This document shows, piece by piece, positions 21,027 to 31,724 of a stretch of DNA of 64,000 nt. The position numbers and the translations under genes are program-made. How positions within the stretch are numbered: the first letter of the stretch is position 1; each line of letters begins with the position of its first letter. A model generated the notes under the pieces. It saw nothing but the letters and a program-made list of their open reading frames with translations, was not told where the DNA came from and made no database searches. This DNA is from Pontiella sp. (GTDB taxonomy: Bacteria; Verrucomicrobiota; Kiritimatiellia; Kiritimatiellales; Pontiellaceae): positions 32,001 through 96,000 of the forward strand of contig JBNKHE010000003.1 of the NCBI GenBank assembly GCA_050290185.1, read 5' to 3'.

Positions 21027-21896
21027 ATGATTAGACTCGCCATTCAAGCCGCGCTGGACGCGGGGGAAGCCATTCTTGATATCTATGAACAGGATTTCGA
21101 AGTGGAATTCAAAGCCGATGAATCACCGCTGACGACAGCCGACAAGGCCGCGCACAACATCATCGTTCAGGTGCTGGAAAAGACACCGCATCCGGTGCTC
21201 TCCGAGGAAAGTGCGAAAGTCGCATACGGTGAACGTAAGGATTGGGGAACATACTGGCTGGTTGATCCGCTTGACGGAACCAAGGAGTTCATCAAGAAAA
21301 ACGGCGAATTCACGGTCAATATCGCCTTGATTGAAAATGGGCAACCGGTTGCCGGGGTGGTGTATGTGCCGGTAAGCCACACCCTCTACGTGGGTTCTGC
21401 GCAGAGCGCATGGGGTATGGAGCAGGGTGCCTGGAAGGCGGAGGAATGCGCTGGAAAATCCGTTGAAGAAATTTTGGCATCGGCCGGAAAATGCTCTGTG
21501 TCCGGTGCGCCCGGCACACCGCTTAAGATTGTGGCGTCGAAATCGCACTGCAACGATGAAACCCGGCAGTTTATTGCCGACTTGGAAGCCATGCATGGGA
21601 AGGCGGAACTGGTTTCAAAGGGCAGCTCCTTGAAGCTGTGCATGGTCGCCGAGGGCGTGGCCGACATCTATCCACGCATCGCGCCAACCATGGAGTGGGA
21701 TACCGCTGCGGCCCATGCGGTTGTGGTTGCGGCAGGAGGGGCGGTTTATCAATACGATAAAAACCTTGCGGTTTCGGCCTATAATGGTTGTGGCGAAAAT
21801 GACGATCCCGCCACGCGCCAGGCGCCAAGCCCATTGAGCTACAACAAGGAAAACCTACTAAACCCTTACTTTGTGGTAAGTGGATTGCATGAATAA
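21027..21896 (+). CDS. cysQ: 3'(2'),5'-bisphosphate nucleotidase
   Basis: KADESPLT.AD, WLVDPLDGTKEFI, GSSLKLC, EWDTAA. Confidence 0.95.
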   Translation: MIRLAIQAALDAGEAILDIYEQDFEVEFKADESPLTTADKAAHNIIVQVLEKTPHPVLSEESAKVAYGERKDWGTYWLVDPLDGTKEFIKKNGEFTVNIALIENGQPVAGVVYVPVSHTLYVGSAQSAWGMEQGAWKAEECAGKSVEEILASAGKCSVSGAPGTPLKIVASKSHCNDETRQFIADLEAMHGKAELVSKGSSLKLCMVAEGVADIYPRIAPTMEWDTAAAHAVVVAAGGAVYQYDKNLAVSAYNGCGENDDPATRQAPSPLSYNKENLLNPYFVVSGLHE

Positions 21897-21980
21897 ATGG
21901 TGTATATATTATAGACAATATAGCTGAGACGTTATAGGAATACTAACCTTTATCGAAATACGACGAATTCGGAGGGAAAT

Positions 21981-22883
21981 ATGAATAGTTACAATTTATC
22001 ACATTTGAAGCAGTTGGAGGCGGAAAGCATCCACATTATCCGGGAGGTGGCGGCCGAATTCGATAATCCGGTCATGCTCTATTCCATTGGCAAAGACTCT
22101 TCGGTAATGCTGCATCTGGCCCATAAGGCTTTTGCGCCCGGTAAGATTCCGTTTCCGCTGATGCACGTCGATACCCAGTGGAAGTTTCAGGAAATGTACA
22201 AGTTCCGTACGTTGATGGCTGAAAAGTACGAGGTGGATATCAAGGTCTGGATCAACCCGGAGGGCAAGGATCAGGTCGGTCCGTTTTCCCATGGATCTGA
22301 GAAGCACACCCAGATCATGAAGACCGATGCACTCAAGCAGGCGTTGGATCACTATAAGTTCGATGCCGCCTTCGGTGGTGCTCGCCGCGATGAGGAAAAG
22401 AGTCGCGCCAAGGAGCGCGTCTACAGCTTCCGCAACGAATATCATCAGTGGGATCCGAAAAACCAGCGCCCCGAGCTTTGGAACCTCTACAACGCCAAAA
22501 TAAACAAGGGCGAATCCATCCGCGTCTTTCCGCTCTCGAACTGGACCGAGCTCGACATCTGGCTCTATCTGCTGCGCGAAGATATTCCGATCGTTCCGCT
22601 GTACTATGCAGCCGAACGCCCGGTGGTGGAGCGCGATGGCGTGTTGATCATGCTCGACGACGACCGCATGCAGCTCAAGGAGGGGGAAACTCCCATGCAG
22701 AAAAAGGTGCGCTTCCGCACCTTGGGATGCTATCCGCTGACCGGCGCCGTCGAATCCAATGCCGAAACCGTCGAGGAAATCGTGCAGGAAATGTTGCTTA
22801 CCACCACCTCTGAACGCCAGGGCCGCGTGATCGATGGCGACAACTCCTCGATGGAAGATAAGAAGAAGGATGGCTACTTTTAG
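21981..22883 (+). CDS. cysD: Sulfate adenylyltransferase subunit 2
   Basis: [29 protein letters not shown]. Confidence 0.98.
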   Translation: MNSYNLSHLKQLEAESIHIIREVAAEFDNPVMLYSIGKDSSVMLHLAHKAFAPGKIPFPLMHVDTQWKFQEMYKFRTLMAEKYEVDIKVWINPEGKDQVGPFSHGSEKHTQIMKTDALKQALDHYKFDAAFGGARRDEEKSRAKERVYSFRNEYHQWDPKNQRPELWNLYNAKINKGESIRVFPLSNWTELDIWLYLLREDIPIVPLYYAAERPVVERDGVLIMLDDDRMQLKEGETPMQKKVRFRTLGCYPLTGAVESNAETVEEIVQEMLLTTTSERQGRVIDGDNSSMEDKKKDGYF

Positions 22884-22904
22884 CCGCCGGCTAAAAAGTA
22901 GCCG

Positions 22905-22940
22905 CGTTGAAGCGTTTAAACCGTTAAAGGTTGAAGTCGT
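22905..22940. repeat. Left repeat arm of four-helix-bundle gene 1 (CGTTRAA-type units, ~9 bp period)
   Basis: CGTTGAAG CGTTTAAAC CGTTAAAG GTTGAAGT CGT. Confidence 0.75.
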
Positions 22941-22949
22941 GGGTTTGTC

Positions 22950-23375
22950 ATGAAAGTGGAGCGGTTTGAGGAATTGGATGCATGGAAGGTAGCGCGTGAA
23001 TTGTCCAACTTGGTTTATGCGCTTGGTGGGGACTCCGGAATTTCAAGAGACTATGGGTTCAAGGACCAGATTCAACGGGCAGCGGTTTCTGTAATGAACA
23101 ATATTTCCGAGGGATTTGAGCGCGGGAGTAACAAAGATTATGCAAAGTTTTTATTTATTGCCCGAGGTTCTGTCGGAGAGGTTCGAAGCATGCTTTACCT
23201 TGCTCTGGACCAGAAATATATAACCCATGAGCAATTCAATGAGGCTTATAATCTGTGTGTTCGGGAGTCGCAGCTTTGCTGGGGCTTGATCAAGCACCTG
23301 CAGAAAACGAGTAATTGGAAGACGGGGGCGCAAGTAGTACTCATGATGCTGGTTCCTCTCCTCATGCGGGTTTAA
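22950..23375 (+). CDS. Four helix bundle protein 1 (23S rRNA IVP family)
   Basis: FEELDAWK, KDQIQRAAVSVMNNISEGFER, FLFIARGSVGEVRSML. Confidence 0.92.
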   Translation: MKVERFEELDAWKVARELSNLVYALGGDSGISRDYGFKDQIQRAAVSVMNNISEGFERGSNKDYAKFLFIARGSVGEVRSMLYLALDQKYITHEQFNEAYNLCVRESQLCWGLIKHLQKTSNWKTGAQVVLMMLVPLLMRV

Positions 23376-23456
23376 CGCATTCAACGATTTCAACGACTTT
23401 AACGAGCAACGCGATTTAACGGTTTTAACGAGCAAAGCGATTTAACGATTTAAACG
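23371..23456. repeat. Right repeat arm of four-helix-bundle gene 1 (TTYAACG units), inverted relative to the left arm
   Basis: TTTAACGCA TTCAACGAT TTCAACGAC TTTAACGAG ... TTTAACGGT TTTAACGAG ... TTTAACGAT TTAAACG. Confidence 0.9.
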
Positions 23457-23467
23457 GAGCGAATAGA

Positions 23468-25435
23468 ATGAGTGACAACACCTACAAAATCCAAGAAGAA
23501 GAGCTGATCCGTTCGGATATCAGCGAATACCTCAATCGGCATGAAACGAAGGACCTGCTGCGGCTGTTGACCTGCGGTTCCGTGGACGATGGAAAGTCGA
23601 CCTTGATCGGTCGCCTGTTGTACGACACCCACATGATCTACGAAGATCAGCTGGAAAAAGTCGCCAAGGATTCCAAGGTCTATGGCACCACCGGCGAGGA
23701 TTTCGATCCGGCCCTTTTGACCGACGGTTTGAAGGCCGAACGCGAACAGGGCATCACCATTGATGTGGCCTACCGCTATTTCTCGACCGATAAGCGCAAG
23801 TTCATCATTGCCGACTGTCCCGGCCACGAGCAGTACACCCGCAATATGGCCACCGGCGCATCGACCTGCAATCTGGCGGTTATCCTGATCGACGCGCGCT
23901 ACGGCGTGATCACCCAGACCAAGCGGCACAGCTTCATCTGCTCACTGCTGGGGATCAAGCACGTGGTGGTGGCCGTCAACAAGATGGATCTGGTCGACTG
24001 GTCCGAAGAGGTCTACGACAAAATCAAGGAAGACTACAACGCGTTTGTCTCCCGACTGAACTTTTCCGACATCCACTTTATCCCGATGTCCGCCCTCAAG
24101 GGCGACAACGTGGTTACGCACAGCGAAAATCTGGCGTGGTACGATGGGCCGACCTTCCTCCACCATATGGAAAGCGTGAACATTTCCACTGATCGCAACC
24201 TGATCGATATGCGCCTGCCGGTGCAGTATGTCCTGCGCCCGAATCTAGATTTCCGCGGGTTCAGCGGAACGCTGGCCTCCGGTGTGATCCGCAAGGGCGA
24301 CGAGGTGGCCAGCCTGCCATCGCGCCAGCAGTCGAAAATCAAGGCGATTTATGGCCCCGACGGCGAAATCGAAGAGGCGTTCGCGCCGCAGGCGATCACC
24401 GTCACCCTCGAAGATGAAATCGATGTTTCGCGCGGCAACATGCTTGTGCCCGTAAATAACATTCCGCACATTGGCAACGAGTTTGAAGCCATGGTGGTCT
24501 GGATGCACGAAGACGCCGCGCAGTCGGGTAGAAGCTACCTCGTCAAGCACACCTCCTCGATGGTGCCGGGCGTGCTGACAGACGTTCGCTACCGCGTCGA
24601 TGTCAATACCATGAAGCGCGACAAGAATACGCTGGAAACGGAAAAGGTCGATGCCTTGCAGCTCAATGAAATCGGACGCTGCCACATTACGTTGCACCGG
24701 CCAATCGCCTTCGATCCCTACGAACGCAACCGCGCAACGGGAGCGTTCATTATCGTGGACCGGTTGAGCAATATTACGGTGGGCGCCGGCATGATCGTTG
24801 ACCGTATTGTTTCCAAGCCCGGACATAAAAAGGCTCCGGTGAGCCAGAATATTGTCAGGAGCGACAGTCTGGTCAGCGCCGAAGACCGGCAGAACCTTCT
24901 CGGACAGAAGGGGTCCACGATCTGGCTGACCGGGTTGAGTGGATCCGGCAAGTCAACCATTGCCCAGAAGCTGGAAAAAGAGCTGATCGCGCAGGGGCAT
25001 CTCTGCTACATCCTTGATGGCGATAATGTGCGCCACGGCTTGAACCGCGATCTCGGATTCTCCATGGAGGACCGCAAGGAAAACATCCGTCGAATCGCCG
25101 AAGTCGCGGCGCTGATGAATGACGCCGGTGTGATTGTGATCACGTCCTTTATTTCCCCCTATATCTCCGATCGTTCCGCGGCGCGTGAAGTCATTGGCGA
25201 TGATTCTTTCATCGAGGTGTTTGTCGATACGCCGATCGAGGTCTGCGAGCAGCGCGATCCGAAGGGGCTATACAAAAAAGCCCGTTCCGGCGAGATCCAG
25301 CAGTTTACCGGTGTGAGTGATCCGTACGAAGCGCCGCAGGATGCTGAAATCGTTCTCCAGACAGAAAATGTCGCACCGGAAGAGGCCGCCGGCATGATCA
25401 TCGACGACCTCAAGGACCGTGGCATTGTTTCTTAG
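23468..25435 (+). CDS. cysNC: Bifunctional sulfate adenylyltransferase subunit 1 / APS kinase
   Basis: GSVDDGKST, EREQGITIDVAY; C-terminal WLTGLSGSGKST, LDGDNVRHGL. Confidence 0.97.
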   Translation: MSDNTYKIQEEELIRSDISEYLNRHETKDLLRLLTCGSVDDGKSTLIGRLLYDTHMIYEDQLEKVAKDSKVYGTTGEDFDPALLTDGLKAEREQGITIDVAYRYFSTDKRKFIIADCPGHEQYTRNMATGASTCNLAVILIDARYGVITQTKRHSFICSLLGIKHVVVAVNKMDLVDWSEEVYDKIKEDYNAFVSRLNFSDIHFIPMSALKGDNVVTHSENLAWYDGPTFLHHMESVNISTDRNLIDMRLPVQYVLRPNLDFRGFSGTLASGVIRKGDEVASLPSRQQSKIKAIYGPDGEIEEAFAPQAITVTLEDEIDVSRGNMLVPVNNIPHIGNEFEAMVVWMHEDAAQSGRSYLVKHTSSMVPGVLTDVRYRVDVNTMKRDKNTLETEKVDALQLNEIGRCHITLHRPIAFDPYERNRATGAFIIVDRLSNITVGAGMIVDRIVSKPGHKKAPVSQNIVRSDSLVSAEDRQNLLGQKGSTIWLTGLSGSGKSTIAQKLEKELIAQGHLCYILDGDNVRHGLNRDLGFSMEDRKENIRRIAEVAALMNDAGVIVITSFISPYISDRSAAREVIGDDSFIEVFVDTPIEVCEQRDPKGLYKKARSGEIQQFTGVSDPYEAPQDAEIVLQTENVAPEEAAGMIIDDLKDRGIVS

Positions 25436-25647
25436 TGCCTAGGACCTGGGGCTAGTGCGTAGTCCTTTGTCCGTAGTTATATATCCAGTGCATGGAACCG
25501 GTGCTGGAATGCATGAAGATAGCGTGCTTCAAGGATATGGGAGGTTGGGAAACGGGGTGCGGACCTACTCGGCAGTATAGCTTATACACGCCGGGCCGAA
25601 TTCGTTAGGCACTCCGGATCAGGCACCAGGAACGAAACGCTAGGCAC
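25433..25647 (+). pseudogene. Decayed four-helix-bundle cassette: inverted TAGTGCC/TAGGCAC repeat arms around a 5' gene fragment
   Basis: Arms at 25433-25477 and 25606-25647; ATG 25513 reads MKIACFKDM, then EVGKRGADL after a 1-nt shift. Confidence 0.6.
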
Positions 25648-25652
25648 AGCAG

Positions 25653-26849
25653 ATGAAAAAGATCATCGTAACAGGCGGGGCCGGTTTTATCGGGACGGCG
25701 ATATGCCTTCATTTGGTGCGTACCCTTGAATATCAGGTACTGAATGTTGACAAGCTGACCTATGCCGGCGTGCCGGAGTCTTTGAAGGAAATCGAAGACA
25801 ACCCGCTTTATCGCTTTGAAAAGGCAGATGTGTGCGACAAAGCGACGATCGGTGAGCTGTTTTCCGATTTTAAGCCGGATGCTGTGATGCACCTTGCTGC
25901 GGAGTCGCACGTTGACCGGTCGATCGACGGCCCCGCCGCTTTCATCGAAACCAATATCGTCGGCACCTACACCCTGCTGGAATGTGCGCGACAGTATTGG
26001 AACAGCCTGCCGGGAAAAGTAGCAGACTCCAAACTCCAAACCCCAAACCGCGAAGACTTCCGCTTCCTCCACATCTCGACGGATGAGGTTTATGGTTCGC
26101 TCGGCGCCGAAGGATTATTCAAGGAAACTACGGCTTACGCTCCGCGTTCCCCTTATTCGGCGAGCAAGGCTGCGAGTGATCATCTGGTGATGGCATGGTA
26201 CCACACCTACGGTTTACCTGTAATTATCACGAACTGCTCGAATAACTATGGTCCGCGCCAGTTTCCGGAAAAACTGATTCCTCTCGTCATTCTGAATGCG
26301 CTGGACGGGAAGCCGCTGCCTGTTTACGGCAAGGGCGATAACATCCGCGACTGGCTCTATGTCGAAGATCACGCCCGTGCTCTGGTTGAGGTGATGGAAA
26401 AGGGGCGGCCGGGTGAGACCTACAACATCGGCGGCCGCAATGAACGCACCAATCTCGAAATCGTTGAAACCATCTGCGATGTATTGGACGAGCTCCGGCC
26501 GTTAACGCCCGGGAATGATGAGTGTGCGTTGTCAAATGATGGGAGAATACCAAATCAACCATCAACCAACAACCATCAACCAAAGAAACAGATCAAATCC
26601 TATAAGGATTTGATCTGTTTCGTCGCCGACCGCCCGGGACACGACAAGCGTTACGCCATCGACGCCACGAAAATTGAAACGGAACTGGGCTGGAAGGCTC
26701 ATGAAACATTTGACGCAGGTATACGCCGGACCATCGAGTGGTACCTGGAAAACGAATCATGGTGGAAGCCCATACGGGAAGGCCGGTCTGCCGGCGAACG
26801 GCTGGGATATGGAAAATGCCGCGGCGCATCATGCGGTGATGGAGCTTGA
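25653..26849 (+). CDS. rfbB: dTDP-glucose 4,6-dehydratase
   Basis: [47 protein letters not shown]. Confidence 0.96.
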   Translation: MKKIIVTGGAGFIGTAICLHLVRTLEYQVLNVDKLTYAGVPESLKEIEDNPLYRFEKADVCDKATIGELFSDFKPDAVMHLAAESHVDRSIDGPAAFIETNIVGTYTLLECARQYWNSLPGKVADSKLQTPNREDFRFLHISTDEVYGSLGAEGLFKETTAYAPRSPYSASKAASDHLVMAWYHTYGLPVIITNCSNNYGPRQFPEKLIPLVILNALDGKPLPVYGKGDNIRDWLYVEDHARALVEVMEKGRPGETYNIGGRNERTNLEIVETICDVLDELRPLTPGNDECALSNDGRIPNQPSTNNHQPKKQIKSYKDLICFVADRPGHDKRYAIDATKIETELGWKAHETFDAGIRRTIEWYLENESWWKPIREGRSAGERLGYGKCRGASCGDGA

Positions 26850-26876
26850 ACTCTTAATCGGAATGAAGGAGCGACA

Positions 26877-27929
26877 ATGAAAAAAGCATTGATTACAGGC
26901 ATTACGGGACAGGACGGTTCCTATTTGACGGAATTGTTGTTGGAGAAGGGCTACGAAGTGCACGGCATTATCCGGCGTGCGAGTTCGTTCAACACGGATC
27001 GCATCGATCACCTCTACAAGGACCGGCACGAGAGCGGCGTCAAGATGTTCCTGCACTATGGAGACCTGACCGATTCGAGCAATCTGAATCGCCTGGTGGA
27101 AAAGATCCAGCCAGCGGAAATCTACAACCTGGCCGCGCAGTCGCATGTGCAGGTTTCTTTCGAGGTGCCGGAATACACCGCCGAAGCCGATGCCATCGGC
27201 GTGTTGCGTCTGCTCGATGCCATTCGGGAAACCGGCATTGACAGCCGCTTCTATCAGGCCTCCACCTCCGAACTGTACGGCAAGGTGATGGAAGTTCCGC
27301 AAACCGAAACCACGCCGTTCTATCCGCGCTCGCCCTATGCCGTCGCCAAGCAATACGGTTTCTGGATCGTCAAAAACTACCGCGAGTCCTACGGCCTTCA
27401 TGCCAGCAACGGCATTCTCTTCAACCACGAATCCCCGCGCCGCGGCGAAACCTTTGTAACCCGCAAGATTACCATGGCCGTCGCCCGTATTTCGCGCGGC
27501 CTGCAGCAATGTCTCTACATGGGTAACATCAACGCCCTGCGCGACTGGGGTTTCGCCCCGGACTATGTCGAAATGATGTGGATGATGCTTCAGCAGGACA
27601 CGCCCGACGACTATGTGGTCGCCACGAACGAAATGCATACCGTCCGCGAGTTCATCGAAAAATCCTTCGGACACGTCGGGATCGAAATCGCGTGGGAAGG
27701 AGAGGGCGTTGATGAGGTCGGAAAAAACAAGGCCACCGGCGATATTGTCGTTCGCATGGATGAACGCTACTACCGCCCCTGCGAAGTCGAACAGCTCCTC
27801 GGCAACCCCGCCAAAGCCAAGCGCCAACTCGGCTGGGAGCCCAAGGTCAAGTTCGAGCAGCTCGTCCAGATCATGACCGACGGCGATCTGCGCCTGCTGG
27901 ATGGCGAATCCTACGAGGTAGGATTCTAG
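26877..27929 (+). CDS. gmd: GDP-mannose 4,6-dehydratase
   Basis: [37 protein letters not shown]. Confidence 0.98.
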   Translation: MKKALITGITGQDGSYLTELLLEKGYEVHGIIRRASSFNTDRIDHLYKDRHESGVKMFLHYGDLTDSSNLNRLVEKIQPAEIYNLAAQSHVQVSFEVPEYTAEADAIGVLRLLDAIRETGIDSRFYQASTSELYGKVMEVPQTETTPFYPRSPYAVAKQYGFWIVKNYRESYGLHASNGILFNHESPRRGETFVTRKITMAVARISRGLQQCLYMGNINALRDWGFAPDYVEMMWMMLQQDTPDDYVVATNEMHTVREFIEKSFGHVGIEIAWEGEGVDEVGKNKATGDIVVRMDERYYRPCEVEQLLGNPAKAKRQLGWEPKVKFEQLVQIMTDGDLRLLDGESYEVGF

Positions 27930-27967
27930 TTGCTCGTTGTTTTGTTGATAGTTGATAGGGGGTTGCT
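27927..27967. repeat. Left arm of four-helix-bundle gene 2 (NNGTTGN heptamers)
   Basis: TAGTTGC TCGTTGT T TTGTTGA TAGTTGA ... GGTTGC. Confidence 0.75.
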
Positions 27968-27969
27968 CC

Positions 27970-28350
27970 ATGAAAACCTTTGAAGAACTGGAGTGCTACA
28001 AGCAGGCAAGGCAACTCCGCAAGGATGTGTCTCGATTCTGCAAAACCCTTCCTCGCGCAGAGGAGTACCGCTTGAAGGACCAGATTGTCCGGTCATCCCG
28101 TTCAGTAAGCGCGAACATTGCAGAAGGTTATGGTCGCCATCACCATCAAGAAAACATTCAGTTCTGCAGAACAGCACGTGGTTCGCTGACTGAAACACTG
28201 GATCATCTGAATGCTGCGTTGGATGAGGATTATTTATCTCAGGATGAATACACGGAAATGAGGGGACTACTGGAGAATGTTTGGAAAGTTCTCAACGGCT
28301 ACATTGCCTATCTTAAACGTTGCGCTTCCGAAGGTGTGCCGAACGCATAA
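27970..28350 (+). CDS. Four helix bundle protein 2
   Basis: MKTFEELECYK, EEYRLKDQIVRSSRSVSANIAEGYGR, ARGSLTETLDHL. Confidence 0.92.
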   Translation: MKTFEELECYKQARQLRKDVSRFCKTLPRAEEYRLKDQIVRSSRSVSANIAEGYGRHHHQENIQFCRTARGSLTETLDHLNAALDEDYLSQDEYTEMRGLLENVWKVLNGYIAYLKRCASEGVPNA

Positions 28351-28352
28351 TC

Positions 28353-28431
28353 CCAACAACCAGCAACTTTCACCCTGACAACAAGGAGCTTTCAAGTGGA
28401 TTCAGCAACCAGCAATCAACAACCAACAACT
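28353..28431. repeat. Right arm of four-helix-bundle gene 2 (CARCAAC heptamers), running into fcl
   Basis: CAACAAC CAGCAAC ... CAGCAAC CAGCAAT CAACAAC CAACAAC. Confidence 0.85.
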
Positions 28432-29613
28432 CCAGGCGCTCCGCGCCTGCCGCGCAATGCGCGGATCTACATCGCTGGTCACCGGGGCTTGGTCGGGTCC
28501 GGCATCTGGCGCGCGCTCGAGCGGCATGGCTACACCAACCTGATCGGCCGGTCGCGTGACGAACTGGATCTGACCAACCAGCAGGCGGTTGATGATTTTT
28601 TCGCGGCCGAAAAGCCGGAATATGTCGTCCTCGTTGCAGCCAAGGTGGGGGGTATTGTGGCCAACAGCACCTACCGCGCGCAGTTTCTCTATGAAAACCT
28701 GATGATCGAGGCCAATGTGATCCACGCGGCCTACAAACACGGCGTAAAGAAACTGCTGTTCCTCGGCTCCAGTTGCATCTATCCCAAGCTGGCGCCGCAG
28801 CCGCTGAAGGAGGAGCACCTGCTTACCGGGCCGTTGGAGCCGACCAACGAGCCGTACGCCATCGCCAAGATTGCCGGCATCCGGCTCTGCGATGCCTACA
28901 ACCGCCAGTACGGTACCAACTTCATCTCCGCCATGCCCACCAACATGTACGGCCCCGGCGACAACTACCACCCCCGAAACTCCCACGTCCTGCCCGCCTT
29001 CATCCGCCGGATGCATCTGGCCAAGGCACTTGAACAAGCAGACTTCGCCGAGCTCGCCCGCATCTACAAGCGCGAGTTGTTGAATGGCAGTTGTCCGTTG
29101 TCGGGGGAGGAAGGATCGTCAATCCAGCAACCCGGCAATCAACAACTTATCGATTGGCTAATCCAATCGGGCGTGACCCAAACAATCATCAACCAGCACT
29201 TGTCCGCCGGAGCCTTGGCGAAGGAGGAACCATCAACGAATCTCACCTGCTGGGGCAGCGGTTCACCGCTTCGGGAATTCCTCTACAGCGACGACCTCGC
29301 CGAAGCCTGCGTCTTTTTGCTCGAAAGCGTGGACTATTCCGATATGGCCTTCGAGGATGAATCCGGCACGGTACAGGCGCACGTCAATGTGGGTTCCGGC
29401 AGGGAAATCACCATCAAGGAATTGGCTGAAACCGTTCAGGAGGTCGTTGGTTACGAGGGCGAAATCGAATGGGACGCCTCCAAGCCTGATGGCACGCCCC
29501 GCAAGCTGATGGACTCCTCCCGCCTGATGGCGATGGGCTGGAAGCCGCAGGTCGATATGCGCGAAGGGATTGCCCGTGCCTACCAGGATTTCCTCGCCCG
29601 CTACACGACATAA
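28396..29613 (+). CDS. fcl: GDP-L-fucose synthase with repeat-derived insertions
   Basis: [51 protein letters not shown] before GTG. Confidence 0.95.
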   Translation: MDSATSNQQPTTPGAPRLPRNARIYIAGHRGLVGSGIWRALERHGYTNLIGRSRDELDLTNQQAVDDFFAAEKPEYVVLVAAKVGGIVANSTYRAQFLYENLMIEANVIHAAYKHGVKKLLFLGSSCIYPKLAPQPLKEEHLLTGPLEPTNEPYAIAKIAGIRLCDAYNRQYGTNFISAMPTNMYGPGDNYHPRNSHVLPAFIRRMHLAKALEQADFAELARIYKRELLNGSCPLSGEEGSSIQQPGNQQLIDWLIQSGVTQTIINQHLSAGALAKEEPSTNLTCWGSGSPLREFLYSDDLAEACVFLLESVDYSDMAFEDESGTVQAHVNVGSGREITIKELAETVQEVVGYEGEIEWDASKPDGTPRKLMDSSRLMAMGWKPQVDMREGIARAYQDFLARYTT

Positions 29614-29640
29614 CGCCTCCATTATTGGAAATATGCAAAG

Positions 29641-29678
29641 GCTTCCCGATTAATCTCGGGAAGCTTTTTTTTTTTTTT
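29641..29678 (+). terminator. Intrinsic terminator after fcl
   Basis: GCTTCCCGA-loop-TCGGGAAGC followed by T14. Confidence 0.9.
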
Positions 29679-30087
29679 GATCATGGCGCATCTCAGGTGC
29701 GCCTTTAACGTAGACGCAAAACGACGCGCATTCCAGCCGGGGCCCTCGTCGCTTTATTCAGACGGAAAGGATTCTTTTACCATCGCTCCGCTTTGAGGGA
29801 CCGGCTTCGCAGCAGGAAGGAGATAGAGCGTTTTTGTTAAAGAATAAACGGTGCTGTTCATGAACAGCCGCCCTTGCTCTAAGGAAACTTTGCGACTGGT
29901 TGTGAAAATGATCGCCTCCTGCCTTATCGCTTTGTTGTCCTCGGGAGGTTAATGTATGTGAAAAAAGTAATCATATAATCAAAGCATGGTAAAAAATACT
30001 AAAATAAGAGTAAGTATGTAATAAAAAACACAAGAAGGCTCTGCTAACCTCTTTAATGTTTCACCAATAAAATATCAAGGGAGGTAG

Positions 30088-30978
30088 ATGATGAAAAAGG
30101 TGCGACATGTAGTGGGTTGTATGTTTGCCGCGGCAGGTCTGGCGGGCAATGTGGAGGGAGTGGTTGTGGCCGGTTGGGATGTGGCAGGTGTTGATGTAGC
30201 GGCGGGGATAGGCATTGAGACCAATGGGGCCCCGTACACCTTCAGCGCTACGACATCCGGCGTTTCCCATGTAGACGCCGCGCTCGCTCTGGGCCCCGGA
30301 GTGACTCCAAGCACGACTGTCGGGCAATACGGATTCAAGATTCCCGGAGCCGGGGAGACCAACTCCTTGGACGGAGCCCTGGCAGCAGAACACTATCTCG
30401 AATTTTCCATCACCGTTGACCGGGGTTATCAACTCAACCTGGAGTCGGTCGAGATGGTGGGGCAGGGAACCGCTGGCGGTTGCTCGAACATCGTCCTCAT
30501 GACCAGTCTCGATGGATTTTCAGCCGGCGAGGAAATTGCATCTGCATACCCGGCCAACGATACGGGCGGATTCGATACCGACGAAAGCGGTTTTGGAGGA
30601 CCCATTGACCTTTCGGCGTCAACGTATCAAAATCTGAGCGGCAGCATAACGTTCCGTATCTACGGCTGGAACAGCACCTCCGGCAGCAGTCCGACTTATA
30701 TTCGCAATCTGACCGGTGATGACCTGATGGTATATGGAAACGTTGTCGCCGTATCGGGAACAGGCATACCCGTGCTTTCGGTGGAACATACGAATGGGAT
30801 GGCTTCGCTTATGGTCGAATTCGATGGAGCATCAACCACCAACTATGTGTTGCAGCGTATTGGGAGTCTGGCCGATTCCAATGGCTGGGCCGCTATATCG
30901 TCGCCGTTTTCATCCAGTACAAACTGGACCGTTGAAATCACCAATGCCGCCGCGTTTTACCGCGTGGTGCCGGAGTAG
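30088..30978 (+). CDS. Secreted protein, paralog of the neighbouring PEP-CTERM protein, ending in the ..FYR.. module
   Basis: Signal peptide; shares AGWDV.GVDV, HY.EF, GG.DTD.SG.G.PIDLS, TFRIYGWNS, IRNL.G.DL with 30988-31722. Confidence 0.85.
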   Translation: MMKKVRHVVGCMFAAAGLAGNVEGVVVAGWDVAGVDVAAGIGIETNGAPYTFSATTSGVSHVDAALALGPGVTPSTTVGQYGFKIPGAGETNSLDGALAAEHYLEFSITVDRGYQLNLESVEMVGQGTAGGCSNIVLMTSLDGFSAGEEIASAYPANDTGGFDTDESGFGGPIDLSASTYQNLSGSITFRIYGWNSTSGSSPTYIRNLTGDDLMVYGNVVAVSGTGIPVLSVEHTNGMASLMVEFDGASTTNYVLQRIGSLADSNGWAAISSPFSSSTNWTVEITNAAAFYRVVPE

Positions 30979-30987
30979 GGGGTAGGA

Positions 30988-31722
30988 ATGCTTGGTAAAC
31001 GGATTTTTCTCGCTGTTATTCTGTTGGTGGCATTGCTTTCGTCACCGGTGCTGTATGCGGACCTCCTCGCGGGTTGGGACGTGAATGGAGTCGATGTGTC
31101 CGGCGGTTCCGGAATTGATGACGCGGCCTTTCCCTATACGAAAAATGCAACGGAGCTAGGCGTAAATATCTCGGGCGGTGCGCTGGCGCTGGGCTTCGAT
31201 GGGCCCTCATCCACGGCCAATACGTATGGATTCAGGTTTTTGGCAGGCACGCACCAGACCTCGCTCGGCGATGCCATTGTTTCCAGCCACTACATCGAAT
31301 TCACCGTTGCGGCTTCGGCCGGATACCAGTTCGATTTGGCCTCCATCGAAATGAACGGGGAATCGGGTGACAGCGGGCCGGACAACATTGCACTCATGTC
31401 CGACGTGGATGGATTTCTGGCGGGGAATGAGATTGCGTCTTTAACCGGTTTGCAGGGCGTCACGGGTGGATGGGATACCGATGCAAGCGGGTGGGGCGCT
31501 CCCATCGATTTGAGTGGATCGCAATACCAGGGTCTCGCGGCGGTCACCTTCCGGATCTATGGCTGGAACAGCAGCGGGGCGACATCCTCCGGCATCCGCA
31601 ATCTCTCGGGAAATGATTTGGTCGTCAACGGAACGGTGAAAGCCATCCCCGAACCCGCCGTCATCGCGCTTATCAGCATGTTCGGTGTCGGTGTTTTGAT
31701 TACTCGGAGGGTAAAGAAATAG
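30988..31722 (+). CDS. PEP-CTERM sorting domain protein
   Basis: Signal peptide; IPEP + TM helix + RRVKK tail. Confidence 0.92.
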   Translation: MLGKRIFLAVILLVALLSSPVLYADLLAGWDVNGVDVSGGSGIDDAAFPYTKNATELGVNISGGALALGFDGPSSTANTYGFRFLAGTHQTSLGDAIVSSHYIEFTVAASAGYQFDLASIEMNGESGDSGPDNIALMSDVDGFLAGNEIASLTGLQGVTGGWDTDASGWGAPIDLSGSQYQGLAAVTFRIYGWNSSGATSSGIRNLSGNDLVVNGTVKAIPEPAVIALISMFGVGVLITRRVKK

Positions 31723-31724
31723 AC

